The notes: generated from the sequence alone by a model not told the origin. Numbered from the stretch's first letter, positions 38,631-52,858 are shown. The stretch is DNA of 64,000 bases from Takakia lepidozioides (GCA_030704615.1 CM060731.1:74214001-74278000); one strand, 5' to 3'. Translations and numbers: made by a program.

Positions 38631-40744
38631 ATGGCCGACTCAGCTAGTGCCCACCAGTTTCTCTTGGGTTTCTTGCTTGTGGTGATGGCTTGCTGGCAGT
38701 GGGGGAGGGTGGAATGCCGAACCAAACCCTTGGAAGCGAACACCAATCCTGTTTCTGCGGAGGACGATCCGAATTCGTTTTCGTACTCATCTTGAATTTC
38801 CAACTGTTGAGTTCAAAAATATGTAACTTATATATGCATGCGCCATGCGATTTTGAACTGATGTTGGAGCGCGAAATCTCCCTGTACACGTGCATGCACA
38901 TGGCTCGAGATCATGTGACTAGTTATGTACAAAAATTCATGCTCGGGACTGTACCTTACGTAGCTTATCTAGAATTATGACACTCCTGAGACGGAAACAG
39001 AAGGTTCCGGACGTAGAACTCTATGGTATGGCTCATTGAGTCTTATAACGTGTGTATGTGCAGCGTGGAACGGAGCAACAACGCCTCAGTCTCTTTGGGT
39101 AGCTACGGCGCATGTGGAACAGGGAATCCGGCCGATGACTGCTGGACATGCGATCCTCACTGGGCGTCGCACCGCCAGGCTTTGGCAGACTGTGCGATTG
39201 GATTCGGGAAGCAAGCTATCGGTGGTCGAAATGGAAGAATTTACGTCGTCACCTCTGAAGCGGATGACGATGTTGCAAATCCTGTGCCTGGGACATTACG
39301 CTATGCTGCTACTCGAACTGAGCCTCTCTGGATAATCTTTGCACGCGACATGAAAATTTACCTCAAGAATGAGCTGATCATGACCAGTTTCAAGACCATC
39401 GATGGGCGCGGTACCAATGTGCACATCACAGGCGGTGCAGGTCTCACACTACAATACGTATCGAACATCATCATTCATGGAATCCATGTCTATGATATTG
39501 TTGCGACGGGTCCTGCGAGGGTCATAAGCTCAGAAACGCACGTCGGGGACCGTGGGAGAGCAGATGGAGACGCCATCAGCCTCTATACCGCCAGAAATGT
39601 TTGGATTGACCACAACTATTTGGCCAAAGCTAACGATGGTTTGATCGATGCTATCATGGGCTCCACACTTATCACCGTCTCCAACAACTACTTCACCAAC
39701 CACGACAAGGTACAGATCTATGCTCTGCAAGCTGTTTGAATCTTTGTGGCGTGACTTTCAGTTTTCACCTTCAAAAGTGCGGATGATTCATCATGTTGTT
39801 GCGTTGCGCGCAGGGCATGCTATTCGGTGCCCACCCCACCGACTTTTTTGACAAGAATATGCAGGCCACCGTGGCCTTCAATACTTTTGGACCAGGCCTT
39901 GTTCAGCGACTGCCAAGGTTCACTAGTCACGCTTCTGTGTACTGTTACTTTGATGCTATTGTCATTCTAGGTGGTCTGTATGTCAATTGGCCGTAGTGAC
40001 GCTGCATGTTCGTCGACAGGAGGTTTAGCGCCAGTGTCATTCTACTGCCAAGTGTGTCTTCCTGAAGTCTAAACCGGGATAATTCAACTGTTCGGTTATG
40101 CATCATTCCTTCCAGATGGTTAACATTGTCTAATTTATCTAGTTTCACAAATGTGGCGCAGATGCCGGTTTGGGTTCTTCCATGTCGTGAACAATGACTA
40201 TACAGCCGGTTGGGGCATATACGCCATTGGAGGCAGTGAAGCACCCACCATTCTCAGCGAAGGCAACCAGTTTTCTGCTCCGAACAGTCGTGATTCCAAG
40301 GAGGTTAGGCTCGCCGCTCTTTGATTTCGGAAGATAGAATGACACCTGCACGAGCTACGATCATTTAGATACAGCTATGGAATGCCTCCAATGTCAGCCA
40401 GCTACTTGTCAAATTGTCTGGGTCACATGTCTTGATAAATTGAGCAGTAGGTCTGTGTGCGTAGCCTAAAGCTTGAATTTTTCACTTGGTCTAGGGAAGT
40501 GTGAACCTTGTTCGCGGACCTGCAGGTGACGAAACGCATTCAGGACGGTGGAAGCAATTTTGGAGGCTACCAGAGTTGGAACTGGATATCTGTGGGCGAG
40601 ATTTTCCTGAATGGTGCTTACTTCACTAGCACGGGAGCGACTTCCCCAGATTCCCCCATGTACAGTAAAGCTTACAGCTTCTCTGCACGTCCCGTCCAGC
40701 TTGTCCCTTCTATGACCAAAAATTCCGGTCCCGTTCTCATCTGA
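38631..40744 (+). CDS. Pectate lyase (PL1), copy 1; exons 38631-about 38782, 39064-39709, 39814-39917, 40162-40303, 40526-40744
   Basis: Signal peptide; [48 protein letters not shown]; GT-AG introns keep the frame. The exon 1 donor is uncertain (stop at 38793 if unspliced). Confidence 0.85.
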
Positions 40745-41793
40745 AAGTCCCGTGTTAATATACCCTCTCCGGCGAAGCTTGTATTGTTGTTCACTACCAC
40801 AGACGGCCAGCTTGTCCCTTCTATGACCGAAAATTCCGGTCCCCTTCTCTGTGCATCTGGAAGTCCTTGTTAAGAAACCCTCTCTGGCGAAGCTTGCATT
40901 GTCGTTCACTGTATATCACAGGGAGACTTGCGGATGCGCTAAACTGTGTCCGGTAAAGGTGTTCCGGGAGACCTGCCGAGGCTGCCGTAGTGTTTGGCCC
41001 ACATAATCATCCAGTACAATACCCCTCTGTAGTTGCGGTGGTGCAGAATGTTTGGATCCATATTCCTGCTGATGGATCGACCTCTCCAGCCGCTGGGGAC
41101 TGTTAGAAAATACTGACATTAGTGTTTAGAGTGAGATATATATGAGTATGGTCAATCCGAATTTTATGTATGTAAGAATGAGAGAGAAGAAGACAGGACT
41201 TGATCTCTTCAACAATTCAATAGTCACTTCACCCTGAAGGGCTGTAACAGACATGTCCATTCTATATGGATCTATATAATCTAGATGTTGAAATTACATC
41301 CAACAGGGACGGCCTGTTTTGTTAAATACCTAGATACATATAGATTGTATTATGCAACCTTACACCAAGTGGCTATGGCTGCCAAGTGTGAGGCCAGGTG
41401 TAGACGAATTGGGTAGATCAACGTACGATTTTGACAGATCGGTTTGGAAATCAAAGAGGAATTGTAACATGGTGCCAAAGTAGTAGATACTAGATACCTA
41501 TGCAAGCCTTAGTCTGTGCAGATGCAAGCTCCAGCTGCAAATCATAACCTCCAATGCATGCTTTTCTACAAAACCTCTGTTAAATTTCAGTCCTGCAGGT
41601 AGCTAACGGAAAACAGGCCAATCTCACATTAGCGTAACCACGGTTAGCCGTGATTCCTAATTATTCGATTTCATATTTAATTGACAATTGGTTTGAAACG
41701 GGTTTTCTTACGTATGAAGCCATTCTTTACCTTTCAACGGGTGATATTGGCGGGCATCTTTAGGAAATAAAAATACTCAATTTATTATTTATA

Positions 41794-42663
41794 CCATCCC
41801 TTATCAACCATTTAGGCATTTTTGCGCCTAATAATTATTAAAAACCAAACAGACTGCTCAGGCACGTTTCTCAAACCATTTCTCACATTTGGCATCTTCC
41901 TGCTATCAGTTTTTAGAATTAGGCACATGAGAAGAGAAAACATTTATTTTCTTAAGAATAAAAGTACAAAATATAAACCCAATGCCTGTGCCAACATGCC
42001 CAGGTCAAATCTCCTCCAAGCCTCTAGCTACCCTTCATTTCCGTGCAAACCCTAAAAGTGCAATTTGTTGTACGCCGTGTTCCAAGGCTCAAGCTGATAC
42101 AGTGCTCACTAAGTCACTAGTGATAAACAAGAACTTACTTGATTTCAATAATGGTACGTGTTGGTACAGTGCTCTTGAAATATTGGTAAGCTGCAAGCTC
42201 TTAGGATATCCCTGATATCTACCTTGACCTGAGTGTAGAGGAAACTATGTGTAGATGTCTTGCAAATTTGCACATTGAAAATGAGGATATCCTGATCTCA
42301 ATGTGGTGGACCAGGTAGATGGAGAGATCATGATGATTAGCGAGGAGGATGAATATGATGACATTGTGGAGTCCATGCAGGGTTCTTTCGAAGTTACATG
42401 GAGCTCTCGCAAATAGATTGGGATTTGTAGGAAGTTATTTCCGCACGCATATATTTGTATTGATTTTTGTTCAATGAAATTTTTCATCTTATTACAAACA
42501 ACATGAGAAGAGGCTTGAAAGTTTTTTGCTGGAATTTTTAGGCATTAAGCACTTTGGTCCCATAATTTCCATGCAATTAGGCCAAAATTTGAAAAATTCC
42601 CAAAACGCGTTAGGCACTTTCAATTTTGAATTACTTTTCGCCTAAACGGTTGATAAGGGACGG
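41794..42663. mobile_element. Non-autonomous Tc1/mariner-type element
   Basis: TIRs ccatcccttatcaaccatttaggc and gcctaaacggttgataagggacgg, flanked by TA on both sides. Confidence 0.8.
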
Positions 42664-42819
42664 TATCTCCTCTAATAAGAAATACCTAGATTGGGAAAAA
42701 TTTACCCTTTAAAAATATTTTAAAAACATTATTACTAATACCCGCTCCACAGATTGACGGTGCGAAGTTGGGGACCGTGGAAAATGGGGAAGGGGGACCG
42801 GGCCCGGGTGTGGACCCGA

Positions 42820-42874
42820 CCGGCCGGGCGCAGCGGGTGCGCCCGTGCGGGGGTCAGGTGTATATAACCGCCAT
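42820..42874 (+). promoter_or_regulatory. Putative core promoter of pectate lyase 2
   Basis: ccggccgggcgcagcgggtgcgcccg plus TATATAA at 42861-42867, matching 38200-38276. Confidence 0.6.
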
Positions 42875-43327
42875 CTTTCCTCTCATCGCTCGCAGAGAAG
42901 CTGTGCGCTTCACGAGATTGCTTGCGAGCAATTTGTGGAGGCATTAAGATCAGAGGAGTATACCACTGCATTGGGTGTGGCAAAGCTTGTACCGGGGAGC
43001 CTGCCTATGTACTGAGAGTCTGTGAGTGGGAGAGAAACTGTGCGAGGGGAGATCATTTTGTTTTCGGGCTCTTGGAGCAAAGTGGGAGTGAGTGGAGCTG
43101 TACTGGGTGTGTTGAAGCTTGCATTCTTGTGCGCACCAGTTCGGGGAGGGTTGCGTTGGGAAATCTGTACCTCGCTCCAACTCATTCACAGCTCACAGAA
43201 GGAGAGTTAAAGAGTCTGTTGAGTTGCTTGGCTTGTCAATATGTTGAAGATGACTTCTCGGTAGATTGTGGAAACTATCTTGGCACCCCCGGACCCCGCA
43301 GCCAGATCAGAGGTGAGCATAACAGGG

Positions 43328-45676
43328 ATGGCCAACTCAGCTAGTGCCCGCCAGTTTCTTCTGGGTTTCTTGCTTGTAGCGATGGCTTGCTGGCAGTGGG
43401 GGACGGTGGAATGCCGAATCAGCCTCTTGGAAGCCTTCACCAATCCTGTGTCTGTGAAGGACCCTGCCGGTTCGTATTCGTTTTCGGAGAGTCTTCCTCA
43501 TGCTGCTCTTGCTGATGCTGCTCCATCCATTCTGCGAGACGAGAATTTCATCTCAGAGATCCCTGATTCCGACATTCGGGATTCTAAGTAAGAAGTTACT
43601 GCTCACTCCTGTCCCAACTACCTTACCGTTTCCTACTTCTCCTTACAAGTGAACTGATTGGACAATGTGGGTCTCTTACCCCTTGAGGATGTCACTTCTC
43701 CTTCTCTCTCCTCTGGTAAGATAACCGACTGTATTCGTTCGTGGGTAAATTGTGGAATTAAGGAATGAAGTAAGGGCCGATCATTGCGAGATGACACAGG
43801 CATTTGGCTGCTGTTGAGGTCTCTCGATTCTGCCGACATCTCACTAGTAAGAGATACCTACAACATTCCGATGTTTAGTCGGAAGCTTCTGTAACTTAAT
43901 TTTACATTATCATTGCACACTCGAGACCTGAACTCCCCGGAGATCTCTACTGTTTGTGCTATGCCTCATTGTGTTTTGTAACGTCTGTATGTGCAGTGTG
44001 AAACCGAGCAACGATGGTTCAGGAGGCGCCCACACTTTGGCTAGCTATGCCGGATGTGGAACTGGCAATCCCGTCGATGACTGCTGGAGGTGCGATCCTC
44101 ACTGGGCGTCGCACCGCCAGGCTTTGGCAGACTGTGCGATCGGTTTCGGGAGGCGTGCTATCGGTGGTCAAAATGGGAGAATCTACGTCGTCACCTCTGA
44201 AGCGGATGACGATGTTGCAAATCCTGTGCCTGGGACATTACGCTATGCTGCTACTCGAACTGAGCCTCTCTGGATAATCTTTGCACGCGACATGAAAATT
44301 TACCTCAAGAATGAGCTGATCATGACCAGTTTCAAGACCATCGATGGGCGCGGTACCAATGTGCACATCACAGGCGGTGCAGGTCTCACACTACAATACG
44401 TATCGAACATCATCATTCATGGAATCCATGTCCATGATATTGTTGCGACGGGTCCTGCGAGGGTCATAAGCTCAGAAACGCACGTGGGGCAGCGTGGGAG
44501 AGCAGATGGAGACGCCATCAGCCTCTTTACAGCAAAGGATGTTTGGATTGACCACAACTATTTAGCCAAAGCTAACGATGGTTTGATCGATGCTATCAGG
44601 GGCTCCACATCTATCACCATCTCCAACAACTACTTCACCGACCACGACAAGGTACATCTCTGTCCTGCAGGTCCGGTGCAAGTGCGATGTAGGTATATTC
44701 ATCTGTTTGGCGTGACTTTTGAGCATTGTTGCACTCTGCAATCTCTGACCTTCTTGTGGTGCAAACAGGTCATGCTATTCGGCGCCCACCCGACCGACAC
44801 TATTGACAGGGGTATGCAGGTCACTGTGGCCTTCAACATTTTCGGTCCAGGCCTTGTTCAGCGAATGCCAAGGTTCACCCACGTGCTTAACTCTGTCTGA
44901 ACATGTTAACTTTGATAATGCCACTCAACTATCCTGTCAGTTTGTATCTCCTACAAGTGCAGGATAAGCGCCTCTCTAAGGAAGGGTATCGTTGTAAGCA
45001 TCTCACTGCCTCGTCTCCAGAAAGTGGATTTACATTGTGATTTATGAGACGTCTCTTCTAGTGTTGTCTTGTAACGAATTTTCACGGAATGTGCTGCAGA
45101 TGTCGGTTTGGGTCCTTCCATGTTGTGAACAACGACTATACAGCCGGTTGGGGCATATACGCCATTGGAGGCAGTGAAGCACCCACCATCCTCAGCGAAG
45201 GAAACCAGTTCTCTGCTCCAAACAGTCATAATTCCAAGGAGGTTAGCGTCACCGCTGGCCACTCTTTAATTGGAGAAGTGATTCATCACAACTGCCATGA
45301 TCATTGAAACTGGAGCTGTCGAGCGCCTATACTTTTTTAATTTGGCTGTGTCTTGTACTACACGGTAGGCGCCGATTAGTCTTTTGTTTCAGATAGTTCG
45401 CTCAAGAACTTTTCACTTAAATGGAGTGTGGTTTTGCAGGTCACGAAACGCATTCACGATGGTGGAAGCAATTATGGAGGCTACCAGAGTTGGAACTGGA
45501 AATCTGCGGGTGACATTTTCTTGAATGGTGCTTATTTCACTAATACGGGAGCGGCTTCCCAAGCTTCTCCCTTGTACAGTAAAGCTTACAGCTTCTCTGC
45601 ACGTCCCGGCCAGCTTGTCTCTTCTATTACCAAAGATTCCGGTCCTCTCGTCTGTGCACCTGGAAGTCAGTGCTGA
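43328..45676 (+). CDS. Pectate lyase (PL1), copy 2; exons 43328-43587, 43997-44651, 44769-44872, 45100-45241, 45440-45676 (465 aa)
   Basis: Exons sum to 1398 nt in one frame with GT-AG introns; signal peptide and PL1 motifs WIDH, DGLIDA, QRMPRCRFG. Confidence 0.93.
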
Positions 45677-48577
45677 TTCAGTCCTTTTGGAAGAGGCCTT
45701 TGTACTATCACAGGGAGACCTGCGGAGGTGCTAAACTGCGTCTTGCGAAGGTGTTCCGGGAGACCTGCTGAGGCTGCCGTAGATGTTGGCCCACACAATC
45801 TTCCAGTACAATACACCTACTGCTGCATTTGCGGTGGTGCAGAGTATATGCCTGCAGATGGATCGTCAACAACTCCCAAGTTGTTGGGGACCTGTGTTGA
45901 TTTCTTACATTTATAATTCTGCGACCTCACACTGGCGGGCTATGATTACCGGCCAGTGTAGACGAGTTGTTATTAGTTGTTACCTGGACTCTTTTCGTGT
46001 TACGCAACCTCACACCAGGTGGCTATGGCTACCAAGTGCAGGCGAGTTAGATAGGTTCAGTGCAACCTCACACTGGACAGCTGCGGCTGCCGGGTGTAGA
46101 CGCGTTGTAGGGCCAGGGTGTATTTCTCAACTGGTTGTTGTTAATCACTGATGAGCATTCAACTTGTTGCTCTTTTGATCCAATGATACTCTCCTGATAA
46201 GGCATTGACATTGATTGGGCATAAAAGATGCATGTACAACATGGCAAATTGCAACTGCTTTGCAAGTGTAGTGACGTAGAGACACAAGCTTGTAAACATT
46301 CATGTATCACTACAGATCTTTATCGTTTCCTGCCTCCTCCTTCATGCAATGTTTAACTTCATGTTTAGAGTCCCACCCATTTGAGCATGAATCTTGTGCC
46401 CTTTAGATGGTCCGGTCATGTGCTGCAATCCTGCAACAATCGACCTCCTTTATCAGTTCCTCCAGGGTTTTATTTGAAAAGGAAACCCTTCAACTTGTCA
46501 TGCCCAACCTGCATGTGTCTCCTAGCTCCTGTCGGCCTCACCGCGTCCCTGGCGTTTTCGTCTCGCGTCGGTGCTTTACTCTCCTAAGCTTCTCCAGTTC
46601 CTACGAATCTACGTTACCAGAGCCAGCATATCTCCGGATTCATATGCAAGTTTCAAATCTAAAGCCCTGCTTATTGGCCGGCATATACGTAAGAGATTAG
46701 AGCAAGCCCACCAGAGACTCTATCTCACAAAACTGCGCCAGCCAATTCCTTCATGAGGCCTTGCATGAGATCATCAAAGGTTCAAATCATATCCAGCAGG
46801 GACTAGATTCGGAAACGGAATTTGAACATTCTCTAATTTATACGAGTTGTCAACACACAATAAACCGCCGTTAAGGCAGTGATCACAGTGATTACAGATA
46901 GTAAGTGGCCATTACAACCTAGTGTAACAGGTATAAAACAGTTTCCCTCAATTGGAACCTGCGCTTTCTCCGGACTGTACTGCACGGATGGCAGGTGCAG
47001 AGGACAAGAGCTAAAGACTTCTCGGAGACCCAACGTGAGAGCAACGTGGGCTTAAAAACTGGCACACTTTTTGGGCTCAGTTTCCCATGGAGCTACTCCT
47101 GAGCAGCGTGTCAGACTTGCAGTCGCAGGCACGAAGACAAGGGCGTGGCCTTACTGCACGGAGCCGCACTCAGCCCAGTTTCACACGTTGGAATCCCTGG
47201 CACCACCGCAACAACCCACACGCCCATCAATGCCCACCTGCAGGAAAATCCAGAGGCGAGCTCCTGAGCACTGCGAGTTTTCACACTGACGGCGGTCCTC
47301 CGCTCAAATCTTCAAAGCCTTCTACGTTTGCAATGTGCATTCTCCTCCGGCACTGTCCAAGCGGACGGGGTCATGTTATTAATGCTTGATTGTACTCAAA
47401 GACGAGGGCTAGACGCAGACATGCCGCCTCCCTTCAATCTTGAGCGATATCTTGCACGACAAAAGAGTGGCTACAGTTTGTAGTAGATCCAATCGAGGTT
47501 AATCCTGCATGTCTACCGCGATATTGCAACCGTGACATGGATCAATGTTCAAGAGATAGTAATGGAGAGATTCGACCCTTCCATTTTGAAAACCGGATTG
47601 CATACCACAGATGGATGCTGCGTCCATTGCCACGATTAGCTAGTTGTCAAATGCAGTATTCGAGTCAATTCATCTCTTTCAAGCTCTACTGTGGCTGCTT
47701 CTCCAGAACAGTAGGAAAATTCTCCTTTGTAAACCTCAATTCTTCCTTGCTGTCCCTATGCAGACAGAAACGGCATGCACAAGAATAAGAGCAGCCTTCT
47801 GTCGCAAAACCCAATGGGCCATATGTTTTTTGTGCCGATATGTAAGGCCAGGCCCAATGAATGTTCCAAGCGGGTTTCAAACATGCTTTTAGGGTTCAAG
47901 ATACCCCTTGATTAGAATGACTTATTCTAAAAGTACCCATGAAAGTCACCATGAAAAGTAATGGCGATGTGAATCAAATCACCGGTTATCTCGTTGGCAT
48001 TATTATGCTTTCTAAGATGATCTAAAGACCCCTCCTGATGTAAATTTCGGGTTGACTGGTGTATCACCCGTGAGGCCAAATCCCACAATCCAGTCTAGTC
48101 TACCATCCTTCCAACTTGGTGAGTAGTGTTGAGCATTCTCGAGATTGTCCACATGGGAATACTTTCGCAGTTGCCAAATGCTGATCTGATCTCTGACAAA
48201 TGCGATAACCTTGATTCGATAGCTGCAGAAATACTTCAATGAGTGACAAACTGAAACCTGAAAAGACGCAGCATAGCTATGTGCAAGATGCCGTCGTACT
48301 CCGATTAGCTGTGCATCAGTCACTCCCTCAGGTGCAGGGTCTCCACGATATCTGCAACACTCGATTGCATCCACTCCCTGCCACACAGACACAAGTGCAA
48401 GATGGAGACTACCCGACGGAATTGCAAGAAAATAAATTCATATACTCAAGCTGCTTTTTGTGTGTTGAGAATGTATTCATACGAGGGAATGTTGTTTGAG
48501 AGAGAATGTACTCATAAGAGGTTGTTTGCCTGGTGAAGAGGGAATGTTGTTTCTGACGTTTACCGTAGCCATGTGGC

Positions 48578-51500
48578 CATAGACCCCGCGAGTAGTTTGG
48601 ACGGAACAAGAGGACACTCCCTTTATGAGGGCTCACTCCAGTAGTGCCGGACTTACCTTGGTGTAAGCAATTGGTTCTTTCCAGATTTGATGTGTGTGAG
48701 CTGCCCAGCAATTAGACCCCAGCAGGGCGAGGGCTTTAGGCTCAGCCTCGAGAGTCTGAAAGTTGGTGAATAGAGGTGCAGGGACTATGTTCTTGATGGT
48801 CCTGAAGAGCGTCACTCTCTGACGAGAATTCCCCGGACATCGTATCAGAAAATGGATAGTGTCTTCGGGCCGCCCACATATCAGGTATATATCCTTTTAC
48901 ACTCTGCATGTTATTGTTCAAAGGTGGAGTCCCCGACTCAGTTTAAATTTCAGTCTAGTGCCAAGGGCAGATAGGCCCTTCAGATCATCCTTAAAGATCC
49001 TCACCCGTCACATAATGGAAACAAGCCTTTGATTTTCGAAGTTGGTAAACAGAGGTACAGGAACAAATCCCTTGATGGAAGAGGATGTCTCTCTGGTGAG
49101 AGGGCCCAGGACAATGAATCAGAAAGTGGATGTTGTCTTCAGGTTGCCCACACAGCAAGCATTTGCAATCCTTCTCTGCATCTGTTTGCTGTTCAAAGGT
49201 AGGCTTCCCGCCCCGACTTTAAGTGGGTAAACCCTTGAGGTCATCCATGATGGCCTCCCCCATGTCAGACTGGAAACAAGTTCAGGGAAATTTTCTGCCT
49301 AACTTCATTTTCATCAGACAATTTCCTGGCAACAGACATGGCTTTGGACACTATAGCCTCTAAGTCAGATTTATCCAGCAGGGTCAAGACTTGCAGACTG
49401 AGATTCAGATCCTTGAAAATCTCTTCTACCTCTTCCGCCAGGACTTGGCCTCAGGGCGATCCTGCTTCCAAGATATAGAGTCAATTAACTTAGGATATCT
49501 GATATTAGTCATACGTTGCAGCTCTCACCCCACCATCTGACCTTGAATTCATCAGTCGGGATCTCAAGGGAGGAATGCCAAACTCACCCCGAACGGCCAC
49601 ATTAGCTGTTTTGGAGCATGCTGACATGCACTCCTTGAGCACCCCCACTGAATGGATTCTAGAGACTTAGCCTGGTTGGAGTTATCAACACACACTGCAG
49701 ATTCGTACTCCAAGGCATGCCTAATAACGCGGCAAATGCATGGTTTTTTTTTACTTCAGAGTTGATCCCTCTGCTTTATAGTGTTCACAGGAAGCTGAAA
49801 AGCCTATGCAGCTAGATGGGACCAAAAAAGCAGGAAACAAGAAAATCGGGGCCCTCTACAAGCAGCCAAAAACCACTGTTCGGAATCAGGAGGTTCGCAA
49901 AGGTTGAGAGCTTCACGTACGTAGTCATGCAGCCAGCTACAACTGATCCTCATGATGAAAGAAAGACCTCTGTAAGGGATTGGCTGTCTCCCAATTCTGA
50001 AATCTCTGATGTTACTCGGAATAATGGAGGCTGCTGCTTCAGGTGACCCCAGAAGGCCTTCCAGGACAAACCACGCTGATCATCCAGTCAATAAAAGTTT
50101 GGAGAAACAGAGCGAATTTTAAGACGGGGGTGCACTTACCACCCAAAACATGCAACGAAGGGATAATTGGAATCCTTGTAAATATGATGCCTGGAGTGAA
50201 GAGCATTGATGAAGTTCAAATCCCACACTCCAGTTGACCTGGCTAGTAGACCCAAAGTCACTTCAATCAATTGTCAGGGCCCCAGCAATAGGACTGCCCT
50301 ATGTACACTCTTTCTGTTCTTATTCTCTGGATGAATCAAGAAATTCTTTATTTTCAAATGAGGAAGGCCCACGGTAGAGCTGCTTTTGGTCAGGGAAGGA
50401 GAGGAACTGAGTCTTTAATTGATGTACAGTCGCCAGAGAATGTCACTCAGATTGGATCCAGGAATTTTCTTTGCACCCACATGACTGGTATATATAAGCA
50501 AACCTTGCTACTGGAGGGAAATTGCTTCAGTAGTTCCACCTATGATCTTCCCCATTTGTGGACCATGAAAGAAGAAACAGCCAAAGAGAAAGATGACTAG
50601 TTACTGATGTACCTGTGCTTCTTGGAGTCTTGTGGCCACAGATCACACACGCTCATTGTGACTTAAAGGCCAGCAAGATAGGACATTGATGGGTGTGTTC
50701 ACTGTTGGAATGTGCCTCCAATAGAGAGACCTACCCTTTTTAATACAGATTCTGGCCTGCAAAACTTCTCAAGAAAACTCTTTAAAACAACATTGAGGAG
50801 AAGAAATTGGGCAATATGTTCATGGGGGAAAGAGAAGGAAGAATGAAAGAAATTTGCTACATTTTATGGGGCCTTAGGGACCATGGGCAAAGTACAGGTA
50901 CAAGGGAAAACTAGAAGCACGATGGACCCAAAACGGGGTGAAGGAAAGAAAGAAAGAGAAACCTCGTTGGATCCATCATGAACTCCACCGAGGCCCACAG
51001 GACCAAGACAGTAAGACAGAGAAAGAGATATTTTGTATTACATGCATAGGAGAGCCAAAGGGCCCAGGGGACACAAGTAGAAAAACACTGGAACCTGATC
51101 CACAAATGAAATTTGCTTATCACTTTCTAGTCCAACCAAACTTTGTCCGATTAGCTCCTCTCCGCTTTCTCCATTCCCTTTTTCTCTTTCTTTGCCAAAA
51201 CATGAGATGGCAGATCAAAAGCAGCAGCATAATATATGCAGATCTATTCATCGTTATAGAATTATAATATAGACAAACGTTGCTATGAGTAACACCACTT
51301 GCATTACATTATGAAAATATATCAAGTCCTCCTGTGCAGATCGATCATGCTGAAATATATATGAGGAACATATTGAACATGGTCGACATTGTGACTTCTT
51401 GGGTAAAATATATCAAAGTTGATGCAGCTCCATCTGATCACGTTCTAAATCTGAACATTGCAGTTGGTGATGGACATTGGTGATGGCCCGGAGCTCTGGG

Positions 51501-52364
51501 AAAACTGAGTCGGGGTGCCTGTAGCGCTTGTTCAGGCTGCTCCAGTGAATGTTGCCAGACAGAAGCTCCTTCGCACCTTCCACGTAGCGGCGCACGGCAA
51601 AGGCGCAAGGTTGCGCGTCCAACACGGCCAACTCCGTCTCCAGCTCCAAGACGAGGCGAGTGTAGGAGTTCGCCAAGTCGACGGCTCTCCACGCAGCTTG
51701 GGGTAGCAGTGTGCCTTCAGATTCCATCAACACCTTGATTAGATTGCGCGGATTGTCTTTCTCCTGCACCTCCTTGGGGTAGGAGAAAATATCGTTGACA
51801 ATAGTGGCCTAAATGACGGCCGCATTGGTCAGCTGTTGCATAATGCGTTGGGCACGAATCTCGTCTGGAAGAAAGACGTTCTTGCCAAACTCCACGAGAT
51901 TCAGACTAAACAAGCCTCCAGAGTTCCAGCCGCGCATTTGGGTGAAAGTCTCCAAGTCTTCTTGCAAATTATATTTAAAGCGGTCGCCTAGAACGTCGAC
52001 ATGGCTGGCAAGGGTGACTCTGTGGTGCTCGCGGAGAGAGTCTGCAAAATTATTGAACCATCCCGGGGTGGACATGCGTCTCAAATCCTGACCCAATTCC
52101 CACATCATCCCCTCGATCGGGGTGGGATCGCACGGAGGCTCTTGTTGCATGAAGAGGAGGTCCAAGTTGTGGAGGAACTCTCCGATTTTGTGAGGGCTCT
52201 CACGGATGCTGCGATCAATGCCATACTCCTCGAGCCACAAGTCGTTTGGCGAATCAAAGAGAAGATCATCCAAAATGAACCCCAGGGCGAACACCATACA
52301 AGACGATCACAACTGACGGTTCCGCTGGACAGAACGCTGGAAAACGAGACGGCTAGACGACAAT
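48578..52364 (-). repeat. Inverted duplicate of about 25984-31230
   Basis: Collinear reverse-complement match covering MTPSL, the intergenic DNA and the LINE fragment; about 28320-29875 is absent from this arm. Confidence 0.9.
51460..52364 (-). pseudogene. Microbial terpene synthase-like gene, copy 2 (5' truncated, internal stop)
   Basis: ILDDLLFD, RGWNSGG, TAG at 51809-51811 just before ATIVNDIFSYPKE, and SGNIHWSSLNKRYRHPDSVFPELR. Confidence 0.88.
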
Positions 52365-52560
52365 GGGCCAACGGCATCGGCTATCTTAGAGGTTGCATTT
52401 GGGCCTCCACATAGGAAACGCACTTTGATGCATGGGGGATTGCACTTGGACTTAGATGACACTGGACACTTGGGCCAACGGCATAGGCTACCCTAGTGCA
52501 ATATAACCCATATTTTGGTACTTGTGGGGGTATCAATGATGCCAGCATTTCACATTTGCA

Positions 52561-52858
52561 GACCTAGTATCAACAATGGTATAACAACCTTGATACCAAC
52601 TTCGGGTAAAGAGAGAGAAGACCTATTATCAACAATGGTATAACAACCTTGATACCAACTTCGGGTAAAGAGAGAGAAGACCTATTATCAACAATGGTAT
52701 AAAAACCTTGATACCAACTTCGGGTAAAGAGAGAGAAGACCTAGTATCAACAATGGTATAAAAACCTTGATACCAACTTCGGGTAAAGAGAGAGAAGACC
52801 TAGTATTAACAATGGTATAAAAACCTTGATACCAACTTCGGGTAAAGAGAGAGAAGAC
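52561..52858. repeat. 59-bp tandem repeat, 5 copies
   Basis: gacctagtatcaacaatggtataa.aaccttgataccaacttcgggtaaagagagagaa starts at 52561, 52620, 52679, 52738 and 52797. Confidence 0.95.

Noticed and set aside
40916-41119. Antisense ORF downstream of pectate lyase 1, partly mirrored after copy 2
   Set aside because: The frame is not preserved upstream in the paralogous region; the similarity is explained by the tandem duplication.
46300-48500. Several short ORFs and exon-like stretches
   Set aside because: No recognisable domain or consistent splice model.
52561-52858. CRISPR-like regular array
   Set aside because: Units are contiguous with no unique spacers, no cas genes are present, and the context is eukaryotic.
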